From: a virus
Strand: one strand, 5' to 3'
Virus record (IMG/VR): IMGVR_UViG_3300023283_000146
Span: 1 to 64,000 of that record
Length of the DNA stretch: 64,000 bases
The position numbers were made by a program, and so were the translations under genes. Shown piece by piece: positions 33,847 to 43,007 of the stretch; the stretch's first letter is position 1; the number at the start of each line of letters is the position of its first letter. Below the pieces are notes generated by a model. That model was not told the origin of the DNA. It ran no database searches and saw only the letters and a list, made by a program, of their open reading frames with translations.

Positions 33847-34250
33847 ACCAGCTTCACTCCTTCACCCTTCAGTGCTTCACCTTCTTCTGTAAACCTGTGT
33901 TTCCGGTAGAAGGAGCGTGCTTCCTCATTATCTTTCATGACATTCAGCACGATTCTGCCATGGGGGGTCTGGTTCATCAAATCTTGAAGAAGCAGAGTCC
34001 CCAGCCCTTTTCTCTTGTGGTCCGGATCTATCGCGATGAAGTAGAGCGTTGTCTCCGGCTGCCGAACCTTATGCCTCACACAGGTGAATCCGAGCAGTTT
34101 GCCTCCCCCCACCAGCTTACGAATCCACCCCTTTTCATATGCAGATTCTCCACTGAACATGTGGTTAGAGAAGTCACGTGTGTATCTTGATGACCGCGCT
34201 AGTTTCACTAACGCATCATGATCACGACGGGAAGCCTGGACCACCTTCAT
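33825..34250 (-). CDS. GNAT-family acetyltransferase
   Basis: Track ORF trimmed to the ATG overlapping the upstream stop (ATGA). Acetyl-CoA motif A in IAIDPDHKRKGLGTLLLQDLM. Confidence 0.75.
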   Translation of the reverse strand: MKVVQASRRDHDALVKLARSSRYTRDFSNHMFSGESAYEKGWIRKLVGGGKLLGFTCVRHKVRQPETTLYFIAIDPDHKRKGLGTLLLQDLMNQTPHGRIVLNVMKDNEEARSFYRKHRFTEEGEALKGEGVKLVWTSDRS

Positions 34251-35089
34251 GCGTAATGCTTCTGCAACATGCCTGCTGCCCACCCTGCAGCGAGCGTTCC
34301 ATTCTTAGAGCCGCCTGTCACAGCCCACAGATTACGCCCGAACTCTTCCAGAAGACAAGGTGCCTTTTGTTTTGTGACAGGCCGAATGCCCAGGAGTCGG
34401 AGTGGGTGGCTTTGCGCTCCTAGTGCCTTCTGCACACGGAGTTCAGATTCTTTCTGACGTTCAAGGGTCCAGTTTTCTGGCTTGATTGCCGTGCCATCAC
34501 CAGCCCAGACCACATGCTCCCCTTCTGGGCAAGCGACAATCTGTTTGTAGGGTGCCCAGGGCTGGATGAAGGGTTCTGTTCTCACCCCTGTGTAGCGAAA
34601 GGCAATGCCCTTCTTTCCGCTGACCTGCCCAAGAAGCTGTTCGATCAGGTAGGGGGTCCAGTAACCTGCAGCAACGATGATGACATCGTATTCATGGGCG
34701 TGTGAGTGATTTGCAGTAGCCAACCACCCAGTTGAAACACGCGTGACCCTTTCGTATCTAACTTCGATCATTCGACCAGAATGGTGGCACACACGAGCTA
34801 TGTCAACTTTGTGGGGCGGTACACGGAACACCTTAGCTGTGCGCCTAGAAGGCTTCACTCTGAACGTGAGCTCTTCCAAGCCATACAGGGTATCGAGAAC
34901 CCCTAAGCCTAGGGAGTAGTCCTCCTTGTTCATCTTGGAGAACCAACTCGGTTTCATCAGGAACCCACTCGCTCGGGTTCCTGCTTCTGGCTGTTTGTCA
35001 TCATAGACAACAACCTTGTTGCCCAGGCGGGACATGGTCTGAGCAATGGTGGTGCCAAAAATACCGGCGCCAATAATCGCTACATGCAT
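34247..35089 (-). CDS. FAD-dependent oxidoreductase (DAO/glycine-oxidase-like)
   Basis: Track ORF trimmed to MHVAIIGAGIFGTTIA... (GxGxxG dinucleotide fold at the N-terminus). The start overlaps the upstream stop by 1 nt. Confidence 0.75.
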   Translation of the reverse strand: MHVAIIGAGIFGTTIAQTMSRLGNKVVVYDDKQPEAGTRASGFLMKPSWFSKMNKEDYSLGLGVLDTLYGLEELTFRVKPSRRTAKVFRVPPHKVDIARVCHHSGRMIEVRYERVTRVSTGWLATANHSHAHEYDVIIVAAGYWTPYLIEQLLGQVSGKKGIAFRYTGVRTEPFIQPWAPYKQIVACPEGEHVVWAGDGTAIKPENWTLERQKESELRVQKALGAQSHPLRLLGIRPVTKQKAPCLLEEFGRNLWAVTGGSKNGTLAAGWAAGMLQKHYA

Positions 35090-35292
35090 CAGGGGTTGTC
35101 TTTCCCACGCTTTTTCTCTCGAGCTTGCTGCATGGTCACCTGCATTAGCGCACAAGTCATGGCTAAGGCTTCCTCACGGGTTACGTTTTCTTCACCGCAA
35201 AATGCACGAAAGATGCTAGCGTATGTCGGTACAACATGCTCTTGGATCTTTGCCAGGGCTTGATCAAGCCTGTGGATGTCTATCGGATCCAT
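35089..35292 (-). CDS. hypothetical protein (67 aa)
   Basis: Track ORF 35089..35355 trimmed to the ATG overlapping the upstream stop. Confidence 0.45.
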   Translation of the reverse strand: MDPIDIHRLDQALAKIQEHVVPTYASIFRAFCGEENVTREEALAMTCALMQVTMQQAREKKRGKDNP

Positions 35293-36152
35293 TATGCCTC
35301 CTGGGTTGGCAATGATTCTAGAAACGTGTCGGCCACACCACTTCGCGCACACCAAGGTTCTACGCCCTTTAGAATCTCAGTTGTGTCGTTGAAGAAAGGG
35401 TAGTGCCCATTCATGTGAGACTTCCACTTACAGAGCACTGTCTCTACTTCCTGGAGCCCAATGGGGCGGTCTCGTAGCGGGGGTGCCTGATAACCCCAGT
35501 TGTTGAAATAGTCTGCTAGATACGTGACTACTTCATCAAGCACACGATTGAGGTTTCGTGGCTTAGCGGTTTCTGGCAGTTTGTGCTTTGCTCTCCAGAG
35601 CATCACAGCTGCCTTCACGGGGTCCTTGAACATGAAAACATGCGCTTCATCAAATGTTACTGGGTAGTGCAGCACACGCTCAACCATGTCAGCAACCTTG
35701 AATGCAATCCAGTTGCCAAATAGGTAGTGCTCAGTGACACGTTGCATCACAGCCCCGCAAGTCTGAACCTCGGGCTTCCCAGCCATGTGCCGAACAGCTT
35801 GCTCAGGTTGAGCGTACCGAGATTGCATAGCTTCAACCATGCGAATGCCTTGAGCGCCTCTCGCGTGTCGTCGTTCATGGCCACGAGGCCATCGTGTGCC
35901 ATGCGGCGTTGGCTTCTCATTACGTGCTGCGGTATGCGCCCAGTGCCAGAAGTCTTCACCCTTGAACTCTGAAAGCCAGCTGGCCACACCACAGTCGTAG
36001 AAAAACCAATATGCTAACAGCCAACGCTCAGTTACATCTTGCGGCAGGTCAGCTTTCACTAAGCCAACGTACACAGGATCTAGGTCACCAGAAGAGATTA
36101 GGTGCTCTCCGAATGATTCAATGTCACAGCGCCTGTAGTTTCTCTTCCCCAT
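35292..36152 (-). CDS. second aGPT-Pplase-like / amino-acid:DNA transferase-like protein, candidate
   Basis: 286 aa. All-alpha-looking sequence (DLDPVYVGL..., RWLLAYWFFYDCG). Call rests mostly on context within the hypermodification cassette; needs an HMM search. Confidence 0.45.
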   Translation of the reverse strand: MGKRNYRRCDIESFGEHLISSGDLDPVYVGLVKADLPQDVTERWLLAYWFFYDCGVASWLSEFKGEDFWHWAHTAARNEKPTPHGTRWPRGHERRHARGAQGIRMVEAMQSRYAQPEQAVRHMAGKPEVQTCGAVMQRVTEHYLFGNWIAFKVADMVERVLHYPVTFDEAHVFMFKDPVKAAVMLWRAKHKLPETAKPRNLNRVLDEVVTYLADYFNNWGYQAPPLRDRPIGLQEVETVLCKWKSHMNGHYPFFNDTTEILKGVEPWCARSGVADTFLESLPTQEA

Positions 36153-36153
36153 T

Positions 36154-36477
36154 TCAAGCGTTATACCAATAGCGCTCTGCCGCTGCCGCTTGTTCTAGAG
36201 TCTGCTTCCCTCGTCTGGTCAATCTTGCTTGGTCATGTGCTGCGTCATAGTCCAGCAACTTTTCACGACAGGCTTTTATCACTGCTATGACGAAATATCG
36301 CGCCCATCTCCCTTTCGTGTGCTTCCATCCCCGCAGTCGGCGTATGGGTGAACGCACTGAAGGGGCTGCATCGATTAGGCGTAGCGCCTTCAATACGTCT
36401 GGTCCAACTTTCAACTCTCGCCCAGGGGTGGTTGGTGCTGCACCGTCTTGGTGAGGGGTCTCAGAGTTTGAGTTCAT
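36154..36477 (-). CDS. hypothetical protein (107 aa)
   Basis: ORF track. Confidence 0.55.
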   Translation of the reverse strand: MNSNSETPHQDGAAPTTPGRELKVGPDVLKALRLIDAAPSVRSPIRRLRGWKHTKGRWARYFVIAVIKACREKLLDYDAAHDQARLTRRGKQTLEQAAAAERYWYNA

Positions 36478-36800
36478 GACCGAGTTTCCAGGTCTTCTGG
36501 TTCCACTTCTATTAGCTTCCCGATCTGCTCCCAGCTACCGCACTCTCGGTCGATCGGCTCGAACACCTCTTGCACGAGCGTAGCCGCACCCGAGACATCG
36601 AGATGTGCAGACGCATGCTGTGCGAATACAAGCGCTTTCTCCCTGCTACGGAACGCCCGGTCGTTGCCCTCGAAGCACTCTCCGATGAAGCGATCCTCGC
36701 AGCTCTCGTCGCACTTGTGCCTGTGCGTCGTCCAGTGAACGAGCCAGCGGGTTGCACCTGCAAACGCTGGCGGCCCACCGCCTATGTCGAACAATCTCAT
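36474..36800 (-). CDS. hypothetical protein (108 aa)
   Basis: ORF track; ATGA overlap. Confidence 0.55.
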   Translation of the reverse strand: MRLFDIGGGPPAFAGATRWLVHWTTHRHKCDESCEDRFIGECFEGNDRAFRSREKALVFAQHASAHLDVSGAATLVQEVFEPIDRECGSWEQIGKLIEVEPEDLETRS

Positions 36801-36803
36801 CGG

Positions 36804-37064
36804 TCATCTGCGATGGCGGAAAGCCTGGTCGAGCAGGCCGTCGACGGTCGTGTCCATCATCGCGGCCAGGCGGCGCAGGTAGATCGGATGCGGTAGCGAG
36901 CGGCCGAGCTCCCACTGGCTCACCGTCTTTTTATATCCGCCGAGCAGCCGGGCGACCTCCGACTGGGCCAGACCTTGATTATGGCGCCACCGCCGGATGC
37001 GGTGGCCCAGCCGCTTGGCCGCGGTAAACGACTCGGTCGAGTCTCGCTGGTTGAGGCGCGCCAC
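36804..37064 (-). CDS. XRE-family helix-turn-helix protein (86 aa)
   Basis: ORF track (GTG start). IRRWRHNQGLAQSEVARLLGGYKKTVSQWELGRSLP is a typical HTH. Confidence 0.7.
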   Translation of the reverse strand: MARLNQRDSTESFTAAKRLGHRIRRWRHNQGLAQSEVARLLGGYKKTVSQWELGRSLPHPIYLRRLAAMMDTTVDGLLDQAFRHRR

Positions 37065-37212
37065 TACCAGTGCACCTGGATGTAGACGCGCTCAGCGGCG
37101 CCTCTGCCGAGGGGGAAGGTGGTCATGGTCGATCTGTGTGTTTCGTGTTTTGTGGCGTGACGAGCGGCGGTTTATCGCGCCGTTGACGGCTCACCGCCTA
37201 TGTCTGTCAGCC

Positions 37213-37452
37213 TCATCGGTCGAGTCTGCTTCGTTTAGGGATCGGCCAGCCACCGAACCGTTTCAGGTTACCTCTGTCACGACAGTCGGTCAGCGACTTG
37301 CCGCACGACGCGATGGGGCCCTCATAACCGCACTCACTGTATTTGAACGTGAACGGACACGGGGCCATGCGCGCGCCGCAGCGATCGCATTCGAACACAC
37401 CGCCGCGCAGCACCCACAGGTGGCCGTTGTGAGAGCAGACCAGCACAGTCAC
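37213..37452 (-). CDS. hypothetical Cys-rich protein (79 aa)
   Basis: ORF track. CDRCG and other Cys clusters. Confidence 0.5.
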   Translation of the reverse strand: MTVLVCSHNGHLWVLRGGVFECDRCGARMAPCPFTFKYSECGYEGPIASCGKSLTDCRDRGNLKRFGGWPIPKRSRLDR

Positions 37453-38105
37453 ACCTGCCTTTCTGCGCGGTAGGCATCGAGGAGGACATCAGTAGCTATC
37501 ATCAACAACTCCAAGGAATGCCCACCAGAGCAACTGGCGACTCGGCAAACTTTGTGGAGCGCGTTCCCACAGTGCCTGGCTGCGGCGACCGTAGCGTGCA
37601 CGTCACCAACTAAGGTGTCACCAGCTTCACTAGACCGGACAGCAGCGGAACCGTGCCATGCAGCGGCTGCTGCATAGCCGGCAGCAACCTCACACCGCCA
37701 CGCAGCTCCCTGCCCATCGGACTGGACGGGGACGCTTGCCGCCGTGCGAAGCCCCCAGGGCACGATGCGGCGCATCGTGCCCTGGGCAAGGGCCCGTACC
37801 CAACGGGTGCGATCCGTACCACCAGTCTTCGCCATTGCAATGGCTGGAAAGAACAGCGCCCGAGCACGCCTGTCCATAGATGGCCATGACTCATCACTAA
37901 GCCACAAGCCGTAGATGCGGTCAGGCCACGCGACACACTGAGGGACCTCCGACAACTCGCCAGTGGTGGCAAGACTGATGGCCTGCAGCAGGCAGACAGG
38001 CCCCTGATCATTTGGCGCTGGACCCTTGCGAAGACCTTTCATGAAGACTGAACACAATCGGTCTTCATTTATGTGTTTGCTCAGTTGCTGTCTTTCACAC
38101 CTCAA
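37449..38105 (-). CDS. hypothetical protein (218 aa)
   Basis: ORF track. Confidence 0.55.
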   Translation of the reverse strand: MRCERQQLSKHINEDRLCSVFMKGLRKGPAPNDQGPVCLLQAISLATTGELSEVPQCVAWPDRIYGLWLSDESWPSMDRRARALFFPAIAMAKTGGTDRTRWVRALAQGTMRRIVPWGLRTAASVPVQSDGQGAAWRCEVAAGYAAAAAWHGSAAVRSSEAGDTLVGDVHATVAAARHCGNALHKVCRVASCSGGHSLELLMIATDVLLDAYRAERQV

Positions 38106-38608
38106 GGGCGACCCTTCAGGTAGATCTTGCCAGTCGACTTCTCTTCGAGCCCGTACCCCACCTGGTGGTGGATGAGCTTGACCCCTTCGTAGGCGTCACG
38201 ATACTTCCAGCCGGTGGCCTGCATGATTTCTTCGATCGTTGCGCCTTCCCTCAGCATCCCGATGACCTGGGCCCGCTTCGTGCCCTCTCGGTGGGACTTG
38301 ATGGTGTCCTTCGGTTCGTAGTTGAAGGGCGCACGGGGCCGGCCTCGCCGGCCCGAGGTTTCGCTCCCGTCCTGGTTCTTCTTCTTCCCCGTCTTCTTGC
38401 TCACGGTCTTCTTCTTCGCACGCTTGACTTCGGTGGAGCCCATCGCTTGAGCCGCCCTCGCCTCCTCCACCCGACGCACTGCGTCGGCTTTCGTGCGAAA
38501 GGTCTTGATGGGCTTCTGAGCGATCTGGTTGTAGATGTCGACCAGCTCGGGGATGGACATGTTCTGGAGGTCCTGCGACGAGCTGCGTTCGTAGGTGACT
38601 GCGGCCAT
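38102..38608 (-). CDS. hypothetical protein with a DUF3489-like C-terminal winged-helix region
   Basis: ORF track. TKRAQVIGMLREGATIEEIMQATGWKYRDAYEG resembles the DUF3489 pattern as I recall it. Lys-rich linker. Confidence 0.5.
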   Translation of the reverse strand: MAAVTYERSSSQDLQNMSIPELVDIYNQIAQKPIKTFRTKADAVRRVEEARAAQAMGSTEVKRAKKKTVSKKTGKKKNQDGSETSGRRGRPRAPFNYEPKDTIKSHREGTKRAQVIGMLREGATIEEIMQATGWKYRDAYEGVKLIHHQVGYGLEEKSTGKIYLKGRP

Positions 38609-38791
38609 GGCGGCTTCCTTTCTCGGGTTCAGTGATCCCAGGCCCGTTGCCTAGGCTGCTCGAATCATGTCCTGGCGAGAAAGGAAGACAAGCCAGGGAG
38701 GACAACTATTCGTAAGCTCTGGGCGTTTCCAGGACTTACGGTGATCGGTTTTCGGTTCATGTTTCTGTGTTACCCGCTTCTTACAGTGCTC

Positions 38792-39994
38792 TTACGGTTC
38801 TCTTACGATGGTCAACCCTTCTTCTGCCCTGGTGACTGCAGTATAGAGCCAACGGTCCCGACTACCGGGGAAGACATGGCTCTCATCAATAACAAGAACA
38901 TTCTTCCACTGCGAGCCTTGGGCTTTATGTACAGTCATAACATATCCATAATCAAACTCGTCCGCCTCTTTGCGCATGTAAAAGGGAATATCCTTGCTTT
39001 CAAATGGGGCTCGGTGAGCAACAGTGCTCACCGTGTCTTCTGATTCAGGGTCTTGAACTGTTAGACCTATGAATAAGTCATCAATCACTTGTGATTCCAA
39101 CACGTGCCAAAGACCACCATTCAACAACCCTTGGTCATGGTTGTTACGCAAGCAGACCAGTTTGTCGCCAGGCTCAGGTAGGTGGCTATCACGTTTGAAG
39201 ACCTCTTCTCGCAAGCGGTGGTTGATCACTCGCCGCGTGTTGTTCTTACCCACGAGGATTTGACTAAAGCCAGCTAAGTCATCAATCGACAGCACACCTT
39301 TAGGCAGCACCTTGCAGGCTTCACCGTAGTCACCAAAAGCAGGAGTTTCTCCTTGCCGAATGCTGGTGGCCAGCTGAATGATCGGGGAGTTGAGTGCCTG
39401 TCGGTGAATGTCTGTCAAAAGAACATCTGGTTCTTGTTCAGTAAAATAGCCTGTCCCACGAACAGGCGGGAGCTGAGCAGGATCACCAAGGACAAGAACG
39501 GGATTTCCAAAGCTGAGGAGATCTCGCCCCATTGGCTCGCCCACCATTGAGACCTCGTCAACGACAATAAGGTTAGCGTCTCTGGCCGGGGACAAGATTG
39601 AAAGAACAAACGAAGGACGCGACAGGTTCGCGTTTTCTTCCTTGATTAGCTTTCGTAGCTCATTCTTTTTGTCCTCGTCTTCCTCTTTCTCAAGCTGTTC
39701 CTCTAGCTCAGCTAGTTTCGCCCGCGACTTATCCTTGGGTGTGTAGATAAGACGATGGATCGTAGAAGCCCCACGGCACCCCTTACGCTCAAGGACCGAA
39801 GCTGCCTTGCCTGTGAACGTAGCAAAATAGTAAGGCGGTTCTGCGAGCTCTGCCAGGTGCCTAGCGAGGGTTGTCTTCCCCGTACCCGCATAACCAAACA
39901 AGCGAAAGACTTGTTTGTCTTTAGGAAAAGAAATCCACTCGGCTACCTGTCGGAAAGCCTGTTCTTGCTGTGGTGACCAGTCAGGGTGGTTCAT
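38792..39994 (-). CDS. RecD/Dda-like superfamily-1 DNA helicase
   Basis: Track ORF 38792..40090 trimmed to MNHPDW... Walker A GYAGTGKTT, Walker B LIVVDEVSMV, C-terminal VMTVHKAQGSQW. Confidence 0.85.
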   Translation of the reverse strand: MNHPDWSPQQEQAFRQVAEWISFPKDKQVFRLFGYAGTGKTTLARHLAELAEPPYYFATFTGKAASVLERKGCRGASTIHRLIYTPKDKSRAKLAELEEQLEKEEDEDKKNELRKLIKEENANLSRPSFVLSILSPARDANLIVVDEVSMVGEPMGRDLLSFGNPVLVLGDPAQLPPVRGTGYFTEQEPDVLLTDIHRQALNSPIIQLATSIRQGETPAFGDYGEACKVLPKGVLSIDDLAGFSQILVGKNNTRRVINHRLREEVFKRDSHLPEPGDKLVCLRNNHDQGLLNGGLWHVLESQVIDDLFIGLTVQDPESEDTVSTVAHRAPFESKDIPFYMRKEADEFDYGYVMTVHKAQGSQWKNVLVIDESHVFPGSRDRWLYTAVTRAEEGLTIVREP

Positions 39995-40013
39995 GAAACA
40001 ATGGGGGGAAAGA

Positions 40014-40050
40014 GGGCCCGTTGCCCAGGTGGTTCTGGGGCAACGGGCCC
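40014..40050 (-). terminator. 13-bp perfect GC-rich hairpin between 40123..40962 and the helicase gene
   Basis: gggcccgttgccc / gggcaacgggccc with a 10-nt loop. On the minus strand it is followed by CTTTCCCCCCATTGTTTC. Confidence 0.45.
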
Positions 40051-40122
40051 TGCCACGCGGAGGTTCCGTCCGGGCTGCTACCGCAAGCAACGAGCAGACT
40101 CGTACGGCTCCCTCAGTGGTGC

Positions 40123-40962
40123 TCAGAAGACATCATCGGACGGGGCTGAACCCGCACCGGAAGTCGCATTCTCTGTGTCGTAGGCAACTTCAACCTCACC
40201 CTTCTTGATCTGCTTGTAGAGCTTGTTCCCCATTTGCAGCAGGGGGTGGGGCTTTCCATCGAGCATGGGCGGAATCAGAGAACGCTTGATATCATCATCA
40301 ACCGCGAACCCAGCATCCCAGGTGTACCATCGGCCATGCCGATTCGATTCTTGGCGGATGGCGAACTTCAGCCTGTGGGCAAAAAGCGGTGGGTTGAAGC
40401 CCAGCTCGACTTTCTGGAGCCGGTAGTTGAGACGCTTGATCGTCTTGATCATTGTGCTCTTGAAAGCGATGATCCCGTAGTCTTCAGGCTCCTCAGCTTC
40501 CGGTGACGAAATGATCATCCCGTACAGGTAGTAGGTCTCCTGCAGATCGTTGCCGTTAGGAGCCACACGAAGTGCCGGCTTCTCAGGGTTCGGCTCCGAC
40601 TTGAGCACTGGTTCAGCTTCCAGGTCATGGCGAGCAACAAACCCACCACCCTTCTGGCGCGGTACCCACTCGACCACACAATGGTCACGGTACACAGGCA
40701 CGAAGAAGAAGCCTTCTTCTCCATCAATGACTTCGCCAGTCACGAGGTTCAGAATATCACCGGCTTCCACCCCAGCGATATACTGTGGATCACCCTTAGC
40801 CAACTGAGGGCTGTTCGACTGCAAAACATTGAGGAAGGGGATGGCGATGTCGTTTGCTGTCACGTTCTCCGTGCCAGCACCCGCCATCTCCCCGTAGTCG
40901 TAGGTAGTGACCTGGTTTGACTTCTCGTCTCTCTTCGAGACTTCTTGTTGCTTCTTCGTCAT
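40123..40962 (-). CDS. hypothetical protein (279 aa); possible gp2.5-like ssDNA-binding protein
   Basis: ORF track. The C-terminus ...GSAPSDDVF (acidic tail ending in Phe) is reminiscent of T7 gp2.5-type SSBs. Sits in the replication/recombination neighbourhood. Confidence 0.35.
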   Translation of the reverse strand: MTKKQQEVSKRDEKSNQVTTYDYGEMAGAGTENVTANDIAIPFLNVLQSNSPQLAKGDPQYIAGVEAGDILNLVTGEVIDGEEGFFFVPVYRDHCVVEWVPRQKGGGFVARHDLEAEPVLKSEPNPEKPALRVAPNGNDLQETYYLYGMIISSPEAEEPEDYGIIAFKSTMIKTIKRLNYRLQKVELGFNPPLFAHRLKFAIRQESNRHGRWYTWDAGFAVDDDIKRSLIPPMLDGKPHPLLQMGNKLYKQIKKGEVEVAYDTENATSGAGSAPSDDVF

Positions 40963-41540
40963 TTGGTTTCCACTTTCGCGCGACGGAACTCGTACGCACC
41001 GAACATGCTCATGGGGAGGTCTCTCCCTTCAGCTAACGCTTGGCGAATAATGCGTTTCAGCGTAGCTGTTTCGATGCGCTGCTCTTCCTTGACATCAGGG
41101 AACTCAGCCTGCAACTGTGCCATCAACTGACGTGCCTGTTCTTCTTGCCCACGGTTGAAGGCTACGGCCACTTGACGTTTGATGTTGGCTGAATAGTTGT
41201 TCTTATCCAACCAAGCAATGACATTGTCCATGTTGCCTTTGGGCACAGAACATTTCAGATCCTTTCGCACTGTAACACGCAGGCCGGTGCGAGTGGTCAG
41301 GGTCTCTAGCCCCACCCTATCCATAAGGGCCGGGATCTGTCGGTCAGAAAGCTCACGGACAGCTGCCTCAGCGTCTTCGGCTTCCTTTTTCTTCTCTTGT
41401 GCTAGACGCTCTCGACGTCTTAGCTCCTCGACTAACGAAGTAAGGACTCTGAGATCCTTTTCTTCTACTTCTTCCGGGGACCCGGTCTCGTATTGTCCGT
41501 AGGGGTTGTCCGACACGACTGACATAGGTTGCTGGGCCAA
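40959..41540 (-). CDS. hypothetical coiled-coil protein (193 aa)
   Basis: ORF track; ATGA overlap with the downstream gene. Confidence 0.55.
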   Translation of the reverse strand: MAQQPMSVVSDNPYGQYETGSPEEVEEKDLRVLTSLVEELRRRERLAQEKKKEAEDAEAAVRELSDRQIPALMDRVGLETLTTRTGLRVTVRKDLKCSVPKGNMDNVIAWLDKNNYSANIKRQVAVAFNRGQEEQARQLMAQLQAEFPDVKEEQRIETATLKRIIRQALAEGRDLPMSMFGAYEFRRAKVETK

Positions 41541-41555
41541 GGGCGGGACGGCAAG

Positions 41556-43007
41556 TCAGATCCAGCCACGCTGGGGGTCACTCAGTATGAGCTGGGACAA
41601 CTCCACCTTATTACGGTGTGCTTGCAAAATCGCCTCGTCAATCGTATCTGCGCCAACGAGGTCAATATAAGTCACCGGATGTTCATCCATACCAGCTCGG
41701 TGAGCACGATCTTCACTTTGTTGCCGATCCAGTAGGTTATAGGTGTTGTTGTAGTAGACAACAGTCTTAGCAGCATGCAACGTAAGTCCTGTGCCTGCTG
41801 CGGCTGCATTACCTACAAAGACCTGGGCATCACCTTCTTGAAACTCTCTACGGGCCCTGGTCTTGTCTTCATCAGAGCAACGCCCGTCATACACCACAGC
41901 CTTTATTCCAGCATTCCTCAGCTTTACCACAATATCATCAATGTCTTGATGGTATTTGGCCCAGACCAGCATCTTGCCGCTGGTGTCTTCCACCACATCC
42001 ATCAACACACGCATACGCGGGTTTTTCTCTGTGAGACGATGAATGTTGCCCGATTCATCTTTCAAATAGTTTGAAGCCACTTGCTGCAAACGTTGAAGAC
42101 GAACAATCACATGAGGAGCACTAATCAGCTCACCGGAAGCTAAGACAGCAGCACATTCCTGCTGAAGTTCTTCATACACACGACGTTGTTCTGGAGCCAG
42201 TTCAAAATACCGTTTCGAATAAAGCTTCGGAGGTAGATCAAGCACATCCTCCTTCAGCAACCTAGTACCCACTTGAGCTACTACGTCCTTCAAGAGATGA
42301 AGGTTCCGGTAAGCTACGCACACTTCATATGAATCATTGGTCTTCGTGATCTTTCTTTGCCAAATACCAAAGAACGTTTTGAAATCTTGAAAGGTGCGAA
42401 CACCAAGCGGAAGCCAAGCATCAGGCTTGATGAACCTCACCTGGGTAAACACATCAAATGGTGAGTTAGATATCGGCGTACCAGTCAAAAGCCGTCTGTA
42501 CGGTGCGTGCTTTCCTGCCGCCGTAACCCTTCGTGTGCGCTTAGCGGAAGGTGTCTTGATCTTGTGTGCTTCATCAAGCACCAACATGACTCGACGCTTA
42601 TCCATGAACTTACGCATGAACACAGCGCCTGGCTGAGTCATCACTGCATCGTAGCTCGTGCACAAGATGGCCGGGCCATCATGCTTCAAGCAGACTTCAG
42701 CATCTTGTCGATGCCATTTCGTTCCTTTCTTCGCCGTTCTCCAATAAAAGACAGAAGTGCGCTCTGCAACAGAATCAGGAAAATGGGCTGGAATCTCATC
42801 CAAGGCCCAGTTGGTGTGGACCCCATTAGGTGCCACCACGACCACCCCATCTATTTCACCACATTCAATCAAACGCGCGGCTTGGTCCAGCACAGGCTTC
42901 GTCTTTCCACAGCCTTGCTCCCAGAAGAGCGCATGCGCTTCTCGCCGCCAGTTTTTCTCGACTTCTTCCTTTTGGTGATTGAAGGGGTCGGTCTTGTATT
43001 CGACCAT
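41556..43007 (-). CDS. SNF2-family helicase/ATPase
   Basis: 483 aa. Motif I EQGCGKT, DEAH box VLDEAHKIK, motif VI QSEDRAHRAGM. Confidence 0.85.
   Translation of the reverse strand: MVEYKTDPFNHQKEEVEKNWRREAHALFWEQGCGKTKPVLDQAARLIECGEIDGVVVVAPNGVHTNWALDEIPAHFPDSVAERTSVFYWRTAKKGTKWHRQDAEVCLKHDGPAILCTSYDAVMTQPGAVFMRKFMDKRRVMLVLDEAHKIKTPSAKRTRRVTAAGKHAPYRRLLTGTPISNSPFDVFTQVRFIKPDAWLPLGVRTFQDFKTFFGIWQRKITKTNDSYEVCVAYRNLHLLKDVVAQVGTRLLKEDVLDLPPKLYSKRYFELAPEQRRVYEELQQECAAVLASGELISAPHVIVRLQRLQQVASNYLKDESGNIHRLTEKNPRMRVLMDVVEDTSGKMLVWAKYHQDIDDIVVKLRNAGIKAVVYDGRCSDEDKTRARREFQEGDAQVFVGNAAAAGTGLTLHAAKTVVYYNNTYNLLDRQQSEDRAHRAGMDEHPVTYIDLVGADTIDEAILQAHRNKVELSQLILSDPQRGWI

Noticed and set aside
37065-37127. 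20-codon minus-strand mini-ORF (MTTFPLGRGAAERVYIQVHW) upstream of the HTH gene.
   Set aside because: It is too short, lies in GC-rich DNA, and has no supporting signal. Left unannotated.
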